This document shows, in pieces, positions 33,550 through 33,972 of a DNA stretch of 33,972 nt. The notes under the pieces were generated by a model, which was given only the letters and a program-made list of their open reading frames with translations, had not been told where the DNA came from and searched no databases. The translations under genes and the position numbers were made by a program. The stretch is from Octopus bimaculoides (Eukaryota). The stretch covers positions 82,575,454-82,609,425 of the forward strand of contig NC_068989.1 in NCBI RefSeq assembly GCF_001194135.2. Reading direction: 5' to 3'. The stretch's first letter is position 1; the number at the start of each line of letters is the position of its first letter.

Positions 33550-33972
33550 TTCATAATAATAATCCGTTTAATAATCTGAATGGAGGCAATGCAAGCGGAG
33601 ACTAAAGAAACATAATTAATAACCACACAAAATCCAATATATATGCATATTCTTCTAAGTTAATAAAATCGATATAAAAATTCCAAATATATAAATATAA
33701 AAATATATAAATATATATAAATATGAAAATACAAATAAATGGATAAATATCGATATGATACATAAAACAGTGAATTTTAAATTTAAAAGTTACAATACAT
33801 TGGTGTAATAAAAATTTGATACAATAAAACATTAAGAAGACGTACTAAAATACCACGAAAATATTACAAAGATTTAAAAGTTCCATCTACGAACCGTTTC
33901 AGAGATGTGCCAAGTAACGTTACTTGGCACAACAACTCTAGTCTGTATTTTATTTGAGAGTATTGTTAATAT

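Overview
Repeat-rich eukaryotic DNA with eight N-gaps (789-888, 4560-4953, 22821-23008, 23504-23868, 25704-26537, 27236-27273, 29853-30594, 31698-31958). The SINE families and dense microsatellites suggest an octopus genome (inference). One host gene is supported: the last two coding exons (+; 1116-1391 and 3387-3916) of a BAMBI-like TGF-beta/BMP pseudoreceptor. It has a 10-Cys three-finger ectodomain, a single TM helix and a ~119-aa kinase-less tail; the signal-peptide exon lies upstream of the window. The rest is TE remnants and simple repeats: about 15 copies of one tRNA-derived SINE, two other SINE families, three Dong/R4-like RLE LINE remnants, three RTE remnants, CR1/Jockey-group RT remnants, a Tigger/pogo transposase remnant, and hAT and Tc1/mariner MITEs. 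Top observations: (1) the BAMBI-like tail ends in a motif that aligns with the type I receptor GS domain; (2) two unrelated intronic fold-back palindromes each carry, on both arms, the 3' half of a minimal hammerhead ribozyme; (3) SINE tails and a Dong-like LINE nest in shared (TAA)n microsatellites. Nearly all long ORFs in the track are microsatellite or N-gap artefacts. No CRISPR array, rRNA or bona fide tRNA was seen. All family assignments come from motif recognition by eye, not database searches, and TE boundaries are approximate unless TSDs are given.
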